Shown here: positions 1 to 9,862 of the stretch, piece by piece | Layout: the number at the start of each line of letters is the position of its first letter | Numbering within the stretch: the first letter of the stretch is position 1 | Assembly: GCA_964573095.1 (NCBI GenBank) | Contig: CAZNIK010000001.1 | Span: forward strand, 1-54,506 | Source: an uncultured Candidatus Saccharibacteria bacterium | Lineage (GTDB): Bacteria > Patescibacteriota > Saccharimonadia > Saccharimonadales > 2-12-FULL-41-12 | Direction of reading: 5' to 3' | DNA length: 54,506 nucleotides | Position numbers and translations under genes: made by a program | Notes under the pieces: model-generated | Databases searched by the model: none | Told to the model about the DNA's origin: nothing | Seen by the model: only the letters and a program-made list of their open reading frames with translations

Positions 1-2
1 GG

Positions 3-2567
3 AACGCGTTATTTAGGAACTCTAGCGATACGACCACCGCTTTTCAAGTTCAGAACGCGGCGAGTACGAACATATTCACAGTAGATACCACGAACGGTAG
101 GATCGGCATTAACACGGCGGCACCGAGTGCTGATCTTACCTTTGGTCAAGGAGCAAATCGGACCCTAAATGTGCTTACCAGAACTACCAACGCTGCTGGA
201 AATAGCCTCACGATCGCAGCAGGCGCAGCTGGTTCCGGTGCGTCGGCGTTTGCTGGTGGTGGCTTGACGCTTCAAGGAGGAGCAGCGGGAGGAACAGGTA
301 ATGCAAACGGTGGGGCAGTGACAATTTCTGGTGGTACTGCGGTCGGGACAGGAACCCAAGGACTCGTGAATCTTTCTACCAGTGCATTTACATCAGCGGC
401 TGAACAGGCGTTTACGTCTAATACCTCAATTACTGCTGGAAATGTTGACTTGTATAGCTCACTCCCCGTAAAAGCAAACACCAACACAGGACTTACTTTG
501 ACGGTTCCAGATCCAGCCCAGAGTACGATTGGTCGAATACTTTACATATCAGCCAGAAGTGGTTCGCTTGACTTTACTATGCGGCTTAATAGTGCAAGAA
601 CTCCGATAGATATTGCCATGAAGCAAAATAGTACCGCAACCCTTATTTGGAACGGCACTGACTGGACGGCGGCGGGCGCCTCGAGTTCCACTGACCTTCA
701 GTCGGCCTACAACAACACACTTACGAGTGCTGGTGGTGCAGAGCTGGTGCTAAACGGGAGCGGCGGTAATGCCGACGGTTTGACCATACGAAATAATTCC
801 TCAAATCCAATATACGGTGGGGTTTTGGAGGTACAAACCGGCATTGGAAGTAACTTGTTTACGGTAAACAATAACGCGGTAGAGTATGCAACGAACGGTG
901 GGGCTGAAACTCAAGGAGCCAGCTCTTCAACCTTCCCGGCGAGCACGTGGGGCGCTGCGCCCGCAGGTGGAACTGTGTCACGAAATACCACTGCGGCAAA
1001 CAATGCAACCGGGCAAGCATCCGTTTCGGTGGTGACAACCGCGGTGGCAAACCACGGAGCGGCCGATACCTTAAGTGCGGCGTTGACGGCAAATCTACAG
1101 TACAATGTGAGTTATACCGTAAAGGGTGCCGCAAGCTTCTCTACACTCGACACTATTTATTCGAGGGATGGCACAAACACCGCAACAACCAGCTGTAGGA
1201 CTGGAAGTACGGTTACAACCTCAGTATTTACCCGAATTACTTGTACGTTTACGGCGCCGTCAAGCGGCATTACCGCGGCGAATGCAATCTTTATTCGGCA
1301 GAGTGATGCCACGGCCAGGACATTCTACATCGATAACCTTAGCGTGACGGTAAATGCGAGCGTCAATCATGCGGCTGACGGTAGCGTTGACTCGGCGCTC
1401 GGGACAAACTGGACTGCCTTTGACGGGGATGGAGCGGGGGCTGGAACCACCACCCCAAGTCGCGACACAACCACTATCTATGACACCAGCGGCTCAGTCG
1501 CCGATGTCACCTCTGCGCACGCGAATATGGGTGTGCGCAACAACATGGCAATAACGCCGTCAATAAATACCCAGTACCTAATAACTTTTTACGCTCGGAG
1601 TTCTAACACCTTCAATGACATTACGGTAGGCTTCTTGCCGGCCGGCGGTAACACCGTTCCTATAGCTGCGCAACTGTGTGTCGACTATAACACCCGGACT
1701 GTATCCACTACTGGCTGGACAAGGATAACCTGTACCATAACCACTCCCGGGTCCGGTATTTCTGACCCAGATATTGTAATTTATCAACCGACCGGTACGG
1801 CCAGAACATTCTATGTTGATGCGCTGTTTGTGGCTCTTAACACCAACACTGCGTCAAACGTGCAAGTTGGGGGAGGCAATAAGGGTGGCCCAACTACATT
1901 GTTTACTCTTGATCGATCGTCGACCGCTCCCATTGCTGATAATAATGATGCCTACCTTGGTTCGATGTACTATGACACAACCTCTGGGCGCATCCAGTGT
2001 TATGAGGCGGATGGTTGGGGAGCCTGTGGTGCTGCGCCAGACAATATCGTAAACCTCAATCCAGAGTTTGCGGGTGCCGTACTAAACGGCACAGGCGTTG
2101 GTACGATGAGCGCAGATTTCTGTGGTAACGGCGGCGGTTTGTCGGTTAATACTTCGCTATGTTCGAGCGGCCAGGCGCGCAACTTCTACAAGTGGACAAG
2201 CCCGCAAGCTTCGATGCAAACGTACAGTATCTACGTTACCTATCAGCTGCCCGCCAGCTTCAAGAATTTTTCGAGCGATGACACGGTTCAGTTGACCGCA
2301 CGAACCAGTAACACCTCTGACGGCTCGGTGACCTATGAGATGTTTAGAAATGAGTCTGGAGCTATTTCGGCGTGCGGCACCGAAACAACCGTAACAAGTG
2401 TCATCGATACGTGGCAGACCTTGGGAGTAAACGGTAACGAATCGACAGGCTGTGGATTTACTACAAGCTCTGGCAATGCGTTTGTGATCTTTAAGATAAA
2501 CGTCAAAGCCCGGAATAACGCAAATGTGTATGTGGGGACTCTAAGCTTTACGACGCTGGGTAGGTAA
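3..2567 (+). CDS. Giant surface/adhesin-like protein, 3' part only (5'-truncated by window); Gly/Thr/Ala/Asn-rich, two tandem CBM4/9-like (galactose-binding-like) domains
   Basis: Frame is open from base 3 (NALFRNSSDTTTAFQVQNAASTNIFTVDTTNGRIGIN...) into the 171..2567 ORF. It has two similar ~155-aa units, each ending TRITCT.T.P.S...I.I.Q..GTARTFY(I/V)D. The stop overlaps the next ATG (TAATG). Confidence 0.8.
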   Translation, partial: NALFRNSSDTTTAFQVQNAASTNIFTVDTTNGRIGINTAAPSADLTFGQGANRTLNVLTRTTNAAGNSLTIAAGAAGSGASAFAGGGLTLQGGAAGGTGNANGGAVTISGGTAVGTGTQGLVNLSTSAFTSAAEQAFTSNTSITAGNVDLYSSLPVKANTNTGLTLTVPDPAQSTIGRILYISARSGSLDFTMRLNSARTPIDIAMKQNSTATLIWNGTDWTAAGASSSTDLQSAYNNTLTSAGGAELVLNGSGGNADGLTIRNNSSNPIYGGVLEVQTGIGSNLFTVNNNAVEYATNGGAETQGASSSTFPASTWGAAPAGGTVSRNTTAANNATGQASVSVVTTAVANHGAADTLSAALTANLQYNVSYTVKGAASFSTLDTIYSRDGTNTATTSCRTGSTVTTSVFTRITCTFTAPSSGITAANAIFIRQSDATARTFYIDNLSVTVNASVNHAADGSVDSALGTNWTAFDGDGAGAGTTTPSRDTTTIYDTSGSVADVTSAHANMGVRNNMAITPSINTQYLITFYARSSNTFNDITVGFLPAGGNTVPIAAQLCVDYNTRTVSTTGWTRITCTITTPGSGISDPDIVIYQPTGTARTFYVDALFVALNTNTASNVQVGGGNKGGPTTLFTLDRSSTAPIADNNDAYLGSMYYDTTSGRIQCYEADGWGACGAAPDNIVNLNPEFAGAVLNGTGVGTMSADFCGNGGGLSVNTSLCSSGQARNFYKWTSPQASMQTYSIYVTYQLPASFKNFSSDDTVQLTARTSNTSDGSVTYEMFRNESGAISACGTETTVTSVIDTWQTLGVNGNESTGCGFTTSSGNAFVIFKINVKARNNANVYVGTLSFTTLGR

Positions 2568-5500
2568 TGATGAGATTTAAAGATACAAACCACCAATTCC
2601 AAGCTCAAAAACCAATCAACGTCCTTGATGGGGTGCACAGAAAAGATGAGCTGCCAAAGATGAGTCTTCCGTATCGTTCGACAGCGCCCGGGCCGGACAG
2701 AGATCAATTGATCCCATCACCCAAAACAAAATTGACTAGGCGCGTAAAAATAGAGCGTGTGTTATCCAGGTTGTTTGATCTCGAGAGGCAGCATGGGTTG
2801 GCGTTTCGAGTAGTCGCTGTGTCGCTCGCGCTCATAATGTTTTCGACATTTTTGATTGAAATCACCCAGCCAAAGCTGAGTGCACAACGGTACAATCTAG
2901 CGCCATACGAGGGCCTCTTATTGAATAAGCCGGTAGATCTTTATGCTGAAAAACTGAACGTAAATCCAAAGTCACAAACCATAAACTACAACCAAGGCTA
3001 CAAACCGGGTGGGGAGGTAGCGGGACAAACGTTTGGGCCAAAAATTAGTGCGAGTTTTGATTCGAGCGACAGTAGGGCCGTTCGTGTCGAAGATCCATTG
3101 ACCAATGTGAGTATCAGCCTTAAGCCAAAATTTAAGACAGAAGCACCACAAAAGGATAAGAATCGAGTCGTGTACCCAATTGTTGGCAAGCCCGCCAAGG
3201 CAGTGTACACGGTACGGAGCGCGAGCGTAAAAGAAGATATTATTCTTGACCACTTCGTGAAAGATACACTGGAGTTCGAATACGAGCTTGGCTTGGAAAG
3301 CGGCATGGAAGCACGGGTCGAAAATGATGGTTCGCTGGGAGTATATGGAGTTTCAAAACAACTGCTCGGAAGCGTATCGACCGGCTCGGAAAAAGATGCT
3401 GAACTTCTTAAAAAAGCCAGAGAAAACGGCGAAAAAAACAATCTGATTTTCCGCATTCCAGCGCCATTTATTCTTGAAGGTCTGAAGAAAACAAGTTCTG
3501 CAAAGAGTTGGTACAGCCTTGAGGGTAATACATTGAGTGTTCATGCGGCGGGACTTCGGGGGGCCAATTATCCTTTGAGCATCGACCCGAGTGTGTATGT
3601 AGAAACCGCGGCAAAACTGATGAAAGGCAACAATGAAAGCAATGTTGACTTTGATATTTCGAACGAACTAATCCAAAAAAGTCAGACGACCGGCGCGCGA
3701 ATAAATGGCTGGTCCGACTCCACAGAGATGAACTCGGGAATTTGGGATCAATCAACTGCCGCAGCTGGTGGATATGTCTATCGGGCGGGAGGCAGGATCG
3801 ATCCCACAATGCCGTATGTTGTTAGCCAACAGTCTTCGGTTCAAGCAACAAATAGCACCTCGTTTGTGATGAACATGCCGAGCATCAGACCAGCTGGGGA
3901 TCTGTATGTTGCCATAATCGCACACGACGGGACAGGGGCGATTACGCCCCCAGGCGGCGGGGGCTGGACTGAATACGCTGACACTAGAGAGCACGCTGCG
4001 TACTACAAGATTGGAACCGATCAAGGCGGTGGAAACGAATCGGCTTCCTACACGTTTACCGGGAGTAGCGAACAGTGGTCTGGAGTAATTTTGCGAATAA
4101 AGGGTTTTGAGTCGAGCTCTCCTATTAGCGGTACTGCCGGTACGGGCAGTAGTGCAAGTAATGCGGTGCCAGTTTTTCCGACGACCACACCGTCTCATGA
4201 TGCAACACTGGTAATTCGGGCTGTTGGCGTAGACGCTGATCAGCCAAGCGAATTTGGTTGGCTCCCCAGCGGACATACAAAATTATTTACTGGCACGAGT
4301 AGTACTGATACCGCCAACAGTGCCGCGTTAATGGTTGCTTCGCTTGACGTGCCGCCGCTCGCGACCAACGCAACAGGCACCACCACCTTAGTGAATGACG
4401 GCCTAGTGAACGATACGTATGGTGCCTCATCGATTGCGATTCGCCCGGCGACTGTGACCGCAGGCATTCAACAGTCAGTACAATGGGCTCGTTTTAACAC
4501 CTCGACGGGGGCAATTGACAGTCCCAACCCGGGCAATGGCACCTGTAGCGGTTGGTGTACAAACTCAGCTTATAATTTACCGGCGGTACGAGTCGGCATG
4601 TCGATGATTTCGTACAATGGCTTTTTGTATGCGCTTGGTGGTACTTCAACTGGTGCGGCTGCAGGTGGCACCTCAACGGTGTGGATCGCCAAGCTTGGTG
4701 CGAACGGCGAGCCGCAACTGTGGCATCCCACAGGTGGTACGCCAGGGTATTGGTTTGCGTCTGCCAACACCCTGCCTGCGGCAGCCAGCTACACGGCCGT
4801 GGCGGCATACAACAACCGATTATATTTGTTGGGTGGCAACAACACGGCGGGTACGAGTCTTGGTACCGTTCATGTTGCAGACCTTAAGCCAACTGGAGAT
4901 ATTTCGGCATGGTCAACCACTGGCATGCAAGCTATGCCAGACGCGAGGTTTGGCCACTCGGTGCACGTCTATAACGACGTGATGTACCTGGTTGGTGGCA
5001 ATAGCGGCGGTACGCTACGCAACACTGTGTATTACAGCAAACTTAATAATGATGGAACCATGAACCCCTGGACAGCGACCTCAAACTTTACGACGGCGCG
5101 TTCTAGCTTTGGCGGATCTATGACCGCGCTCTGGGGTGGTTACATATATCTTGCTGGCGGCTGTACGGCACTTACCTCTGGGAACTGTTCGACAATTGCC
5201 AGTGATGTCCAGCTGGCAAGTATTAATGCCGATGGATCGCTTGCACCATGGAATTCTATCCTTAATCTCAGCAACCAACGCATTGGCTATTCGTTTGTGG
5301 CCTGGCAAAATGGTTTATATCGCTTTGGTGGCTGTAATCGCCAAAATACCGGCACTGGCACATGCTATGCGGTCCATCAAGATGTTGAATATGGCATCAT
5401 TAACCCCGATGGGGACGCGAGTACGGTAAGTAACTCTGAACCTGCCAACACCGCTCCGTGTAGTGGCGCATCTCCGACCGACTGTGATCTTCCGGCAGCT

Positions 5501-8134
5501 GGTGATGGTGCCGAACAAGGTGGGCAAATGAGTAGTGCCACGGCAATTAATAACGGCTTTATCTATGTAATTGGTGGCTGTACCAATGTTGCGGCAAATA
5601 ATGTCTGTGAAAACGCTGGAACAGCTCAATCGTCGGGCAACATAATGTACGCCGCACTTGATTCGAATGGAAAAATGTCAAAGGCTGCAACGTGTGGGGG
5701 GACGTTTGTAACCAATAGTCTGTGGTGCGTAGATAGTACAAATACCATAAACGGAACGACTGGGTTGTCTGCAGCCAGTGCCACAGTATTTAACAACACC
5801 ATCTACGTTGCCGGTGGTACCACGGGGAGTGATTGGCAGAAAACCGTTCGGCGTGTGGGACTGAATGCCAATGGCTCACTGTCTGGTGCATGGACAACTC
5901 AAGATATGACTACCGACTTGGGTTTGAGTGGAACGGCCGACGATGAAAGGGGCTATATGTATACGTTTGCCAGGGCAAATCCCGCCGCCGCCGGCTCGAA
6001 TCCAGGAAACTATTATATGTTGGGAGGCTGCCGTGGCGGCGCTGGCGCTGGAGCGGACGGTCTGGGGTGTGGTACGTACTACACCGAAGTTATCAAGTGT
6101 AATATCGGCACAACTGGCGCGCTCGCTAGTTGCGGTACGGGTAGTCAGCTACAGATAGATGCTGATAATGTGAATGCTGGCAACCAAGGGTTGGGGCTGA
6201 TGGCGGGAGCAATTTACGCCAATCGAATATACTTAGTTGGTGGAGCATGCACGCAAGTTGGTTCGGCCAACGACCCCTGTGGCTCAAACTACTCCGGGAA
6301 CCGAAAAGACACCATTTATGCATCAATTGACAACAACAATAACATAGTTGCTTCGAGTGGTGGGATCTGGCAGCTCACCAGCGGTCAAATGAGCCCAGTG
6401 CGCCGGCGAGCTATGGCGTTTGGGTATAATGGTTATATTTACTCGCTTGCTGGTTACAGCGGCTCGGCGTCCTTGCAAGACCTTTTGTTCGCCAAAATCG
6501 ATGTCAGCACGGGAGATATGGGCAGTTTTAGCAGTTCTGGTGTGGTGGTAACACCAAGATGGGATCTTCGAGCAATTGTTTCAAATGGCTATGTTTACGC
6601 GCTCGGAGGCTGCGGCACTGGGTCAGCGCCGGATCAATGTACGGCGATGCAACCGGAAATTCAGACCTTCCAATTGTACAACAACGACAGTGGCGCCCCG
6701 GCGAGTTATACGGCGGCATCAGATGACACTTTTGCTGCGGATACTGACCGTTGGGGGGCGAGTGCCGCAATACTGAACGGTTATATTTATGTGGCTGGTG
6801 GCTGCATTAGCGCAACGGATTGTACAAATGCCACCAACAATGTGCAGTACGCACCGATTAGTGCGACCGATGGCAGTATTGGCACGTGGGCAAGTACGAC
6901 AAATGTGTTGACACTTGATAGGGCCTGGGGGCAATTGGAGGTCGCGGGGGGCACGCTGTACTACATTGGTGGGCAAGATGACACTGCCACCAACGAACAG
7001 TCAACAATTTATTATGCAACCCCCGTGAGCGGCGGAAATATTACCTCGGCGTGGGCTACGACAACCAGGGCGCTTGGCGATACGGGTGGCGGCGGAAATG
7101 CCCGCACCAAGCACGGCGCGACTGTGTGGAATAACCGTATTTATGTGGTTGGCGGCCTTGACTCTACTGCCGCGGTTCAGAATACCGTCTACGTGAGTCC
7201 TCAGTTAAATTCTGGGGGGGATATTACTGCAGTCTGGACGTCAACGAGCGCCTTTAATGTGGCAAGAATGGGTGCTGCCACTGTAGCTTATGCGAATAAC
7301 CTCTATCTATTTGGTGGCTATGATGGGACTAATTACCTCAACGATACACAGTACACGCAGATAAACTCTGACGGTACGATCGATGCGTGGTCGTATTCCA
7401 CCAGTTTGCCTGGTTCGTTGAGTCAAGCGGATGCTTTTGCCTCAAATGGCTATATTTACTTGATAGGTGGTCGTTCGGCGGCTTCGACGTGTGTACCGAA
7501 TACGATCGTGACCCCAGTGAGTGCAAACACTACCATTGCGTCTGGCAACAATCCAACTGGCATTGGCGAGTGGTACGAAACCAATGTCAAATACACTGGT
7601 GATCGTTATGGAACGGCGGTCGCGTATAGTAACGGCAAGGGATATGTGCTTGGCGGAGGCTGTACGGCGCCTCTTGCGTCGACCCGGCACTATTTTAGCG
7701 CATACAAATCACAGCCCCAGATCGCAAAATACTCGCGAATGATAGATACCGATACAGATGTGTTCCCAACAAAATGGCTGCTTAACGGACTTGATAACTC
7801 AATTGGAGCACAGTGGTATTTACGATATCGATCTTCTACTAATTCGGCGGCTGCCTGGGGTCAAGAAACAAATGTCGGTGCGGTGACGCTTGGCACCCCA
7901 GGAACCTATACGCCCAAGGACGCGGGCGGCAGCAACACAAACTTTGCGCGCTATTACTATCTGTCGGTATACATTGACAGCTCACAAGCGTTCGGCTACC
8001 CAGAAGACGTTTCGAGGGGGCCGACAATCACAGACCTAAGCCTTTTCTTTACGGCTGACCCAAGTAAGCGCATGCGTCACGGCAAAACATTCACTGGTGG
8101 CGAACTTCAGCCACTGGATACGCCGTTTCCATAA
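2567..8134 (+). CDS. Large membrane-anchored Kelch-repeat (beta-propeller) surface protein, 1855 aa
   Basis: N-terminal TM segment (FRVVAVSLALIMFSTFLIEI), a domain ending YPLSIDPSV, then 18 Kelch-type hydrophobic-Y-x-x-GG motifs. Confidence 0.85.
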   Translation: MMRFKDTNHQFQAQKPINVLDGVHRKDELPKMSLPYRSTAPGPDRDQLIPSPKTKLTRRVKIERVLSRLFDLERQHGLAFRVVAVSLALIMFSTFLIEITQPKLSAQRYNLAPYEGLLLNKPVDLYAEKLNVNPKSQTINYNQGYKPGGEVAGQTFGPKISASFDSSDSRAVRVEDPLTNVSISLKPKFKTEAPQKDKNRVVYPIVGKPAKAVYTVRSASVKEDIILDHFVKDTLEFEYELGLESGMEARVENDGSLGVYGVSKQLLGSVSTGSEKDAELLKKARENGEKNNLIFRIPAPFILEGLKKTSSAKSWYSLEGNTLSVHAAGLRGANYPLSIDPSVYVETAAKLMKGNNESNVDFDISNELIQKSQTTGARINGWSDSTEMNSGIWDQSTAAAGGYVYRAGGRIDPTMPYVVSQQSSVQATNSTSFVMNMPSIRPAGDLYVAIIAHDGTGAITPPGGGGWTEYADTREHAAYYKIGTDQGGGNESASYTFTGSSEQWSGVILRIKGFESSSPISGTAGTGSSASNAVPVFPTTTPSHDATLVIRAVGVDADQPSEFGWLPSGHTKLFTGTSSTDTANSAALMVASLDVPPLATNATGTTTLVNDGLVNDTYGASSIAIRPATVTAGIQQSVQWARFNTSTGAIDSPNPGNGTCSGWCTNSAYNLPAVRVGMSMISYNGFLYALGGTSTGAAAGGTSTVWIAKLGANGEPQLWHPTGGTPGYWFASANTLPAAASYTAVAAYNNRLYLLGGNNTAGTSLGTVHVADLKPTGDISAWSTTGMQAMPDARFGHSVHVYNDVMYLVGGNSGGTLRNTVYYSKLNNDGTMNPWTATSNFTTARSSFGGSMTALWGGYIYLAGGCTALTSGNCSTIASDVQLASINADGSLAPWNSILNLSNQRIGYSFVAWQNGLYRFGGCNRQNTGTGTCYAVHQDVEYGIINPDGDASTVSNSEPANTAPCSGASPTDCDLPAAGDGAEQGGQMSSATAINNGFIYVIGGCTNVAANNVCENAGTAQSSGNIMYAALDSNGKMSKAATCGGTFVTNSLWCVDSTNTINGTTGLSAASATVFNNTIYVAGGTTGSDWQKTVRRVGLNANGSLSGAWTTQDMTTDLGLSGTADDERGYMYTFARANPAAAGSNPGNYYMLGGCRGGAGAGADGLGCGTYYTEVIKCNIGTTGALASCGTGSQLQIDADNVNAGNQGLGLMAGAIYANRIYLVGGACTQVGSANDPCGSNYSGNRKDTIYASIDNNNNIVASSGGIWQLTSGQMSPVRRRAMAFGYNGYIYSLAGYSGSASLQDLLFAKIDVSTGDMGSFSSSGVVVTPRWDLRAIVSNGYVYALGGCGTGSAPDQCTAMQPEIQTFQLYNNDSGAPASYTAASDDTFAADTDRWGASAAILNGYIYVAGGCISATDCTNATNNVQYAPISATDGSIGTWASTTNVLTLDRAWGQLEVAGGTLYYIGGQDDTATNEQSTIYYATPVSGGNITSAWATTTRALGDTGGGGNARTKHGATVWNNRIYVVGGLDSTAAVQNTVYVSPQLNSGGDITAVWTSTSAFNVARMGAATVAYANNLYLFGGYDGTNYLNDTQYTQINSDGTIDAWSYSTSLPGSLSQADAFASNGYIYLIGGRSAASTCVPNTIVTPVSANTTIASGNNPTGIGEWYETNVKYTGDRYGTAVAYSNGKGYVLGGGCTAPLASTRHYFSAYKSQPQIAKYSRMIDTDTDVFPTKWLLNGLDNSIGAQWYLRYRSSTNSAAAWGQETNVGAVTLGTPGTYTPKDAGGSNTNFARYYYLSVYIDSSQAFGYPEDVSRGPTITDLSLFFTADPSKRMRHGKTFTGGELQPLDTPFP

Positions 8135-8210
8135 CAATTATTTTGTGCGGGTTCTACCCCTGTTGTTAGGCTGTTTTTATGTGAAGAATTATGATAGGCT
8201 TGAGACAGAG

Positions 8211-8987
8211 ATGAGAGACAACAAAAACAGTTGGATAGACAGTCTTTCTGGTGATGATCTTCGGGCTCGACTTGCCCAAAAACCAATACCAGTAAGAGAA
8301 GCGCCACCAAAGAAGAAAAAGAAGCTCAAAAATAGATTGAGTCGACCCCTGTTACCTAAATTGGAAAACCCCGTAAATACCGAAAAAGCGAAAGCGAGCG
8401 GCAAAAACGTTGAAGTTTCAGTGAGTTTCAAGATTCCAAAGATCCCAGCCAAAAGGCTTTGGCGGCAGTATAGAAAAAACACCTACGCGAAGGTAGTCAG
8501 TGTAATTGTAGTCATTATTCTTTTGAATATTGTGGCGGTGTCGATCGTAAAAAATCATAACAATGGGCGCGGCGTACAGGGGGCAACCACTGGAAAAGGC
8601 TCGCCAAGTTCGCCTTCTTACAAGCCGTTCTTGCCCGGGGGTGATGTTGCGAATACGAACAGTCAAGCCTATAAATATACCTCCGAAAAGCAGCTCGTTG
8701 GTTACGCCGACAAGATTGGTCAAAACGAGGTTTTGGTGACGCAACAGCCCCTTCCAGAGGAATTTAAGGATAATCCCGACGGCAGGGTAGAGATATTTGC
8801 CAAAAATGCTAACTATAACGAACTTTTACAGATTACCGGTGGGCGGGCGCATCTTGGCACATCGGAAAAAGGTCCTCAGTTTGTGGTCTTTCACAAAAAT
8901 GGGCTAATGATCTTTCTGCGGTCCGACAAGAAGCTGCTGAATGCTGATTGGACCAACTATATTAATGGACTCAAGCAATCGAAGTAG
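8211..8987 (+). CDS. Hypothetical single-pass membrane protein
   Basis: ORF track 8097..8987 overlaps the upstream gene, so ATG 8211 is preferred. Lys-rich N-terminus, one TM (VVSVIVVIILLNIVAVSIV), soluble C-domain. Confidence 0.7.
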   Translation: MRDNKNSWIDSLSGDDLRARLAQKPIPVREAPPKKKKKLKNRLSRPLLPKLENPVNTEKAKASGKNVEVSVSFKIPKIPAKRLWRQYRKNTYAKVVSVIVVIILLNIVAVSIVKNHNNGRGVQGATTGKGSPSSPSYKPFLPGGDVANTNSQAYKYTSEKQLVGYADKIGQNEVLVTQQPLPEEFKDNPDGRVEIFAKNANYNELLQITGGRAHLGTSEKGPQFVVFHKNGLMIFLRSDKKLLNADWTNYINGLKQSK

Positions 8988-9094
8988 TACTAGTACTAGA
9001 CGGCTAGTTAACAGATATTAATCTTTGGGGCTCTGAGTTTACTAATCACCCTAGGGATGTTAGGCTTGGAAGATAGCACTTAGGTACAACTACA

Positions 9095-9862
9095 ATGGCA
9101 AAACAAAAAATTATTGCGGTTTTGAATCAAAAGGGCGGGGTAGGCAAAACGACGACCGCTATAAATCTTGGTGCCTATTTGGCAAAAATGGGCAAAAGCG
9201 TACTTTTGGTTGATGCTGACCCTCAAGGAAATGCCACCAGCGGGCTTGGCTACGAGAAAAACGATCTGAACGCAACATTGTGCGACGTTATGTTTGGGAG
9301 GCACGAGCTACATACAACCATTCTTGAGTCGTCAATTGATAAGTTGTTTTTGCTTCCCACAGATGCTCGACTTGCGAGTGCAGAGATAGATCTTGCAACC
9401 AGGGATCGACGTGAGTATGCCCTGCAGGACATACTAACAGGGGCAACAGACTACGACTTTATTCTTATTGATTGCCCTCCAGCGCTAGGACTTCTGACGA
9501 TAAACGCCCTTACTGCAGCGGAATTTGTACTCATTCCTGTTCAAGCGGAGTATTATGCGCTCGAAGGACTAAGCCAACTCTTACAAGTAATGCAAACCGT
9601 AAAGCGCAGCAGCAACCCGCGACTTGAACTACTTGGGGTTGTTATGACCATGTACGATAGCCGGACAGCACTTGCCCAGCAGGTATATAATGAGGTCGGG
9701 AAGCACTTTGGTGGCAAGCTGTTTGAGACAATAATTCCGAGGAATGTCCGCCTGGCAGAGGCGCCAAGCTTCGGAAAGCCTGTGTCGGAGCATGATAAGT
9801 GGAGCAAAGGGGCTCGTGCCTATAAAGCATTGGCAAAAGAATTGGAGGAGAGAGTAAGATGA
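9095..9862 (+). CDS. parA: ParA/Soj chromosome partitioning ATPase
   Basis: Deviant Walker A NQKGGVGKTTT, DADPQGNAT, DCPPALG, IPRNVRLAEAPSFG. Confidence 0.97.
   Translation: MAKQKIIAVLNQKGGVGKTTTAINLGAYLAKMGKSVLLVDADPQGNATSGLGYEKNDLNATLCDVMFGRHELHTTILESSIDKLFLLPTDARLASAEIDLATRDRREYALQDILTGATDYDFILIDCPPALGLLTINALTAAEFVLIPVQAEYYALEGLSQLLQVMQTVKRSSNPRLELLGVVMTMYDSRTALAQQVYNEVGKHFGGKLFETIIPRNVRLAEAPSFGKPVSEHDKWSKGARAYKALAKELEERVR

Noticed and set aside
1-8134. Prophage tail region
   Set aside because: Some fibre-like segments, but there is a TM anchor, no capsid, terminase or integrase, and the genes run into parAB; better explained as cellular surface proteins
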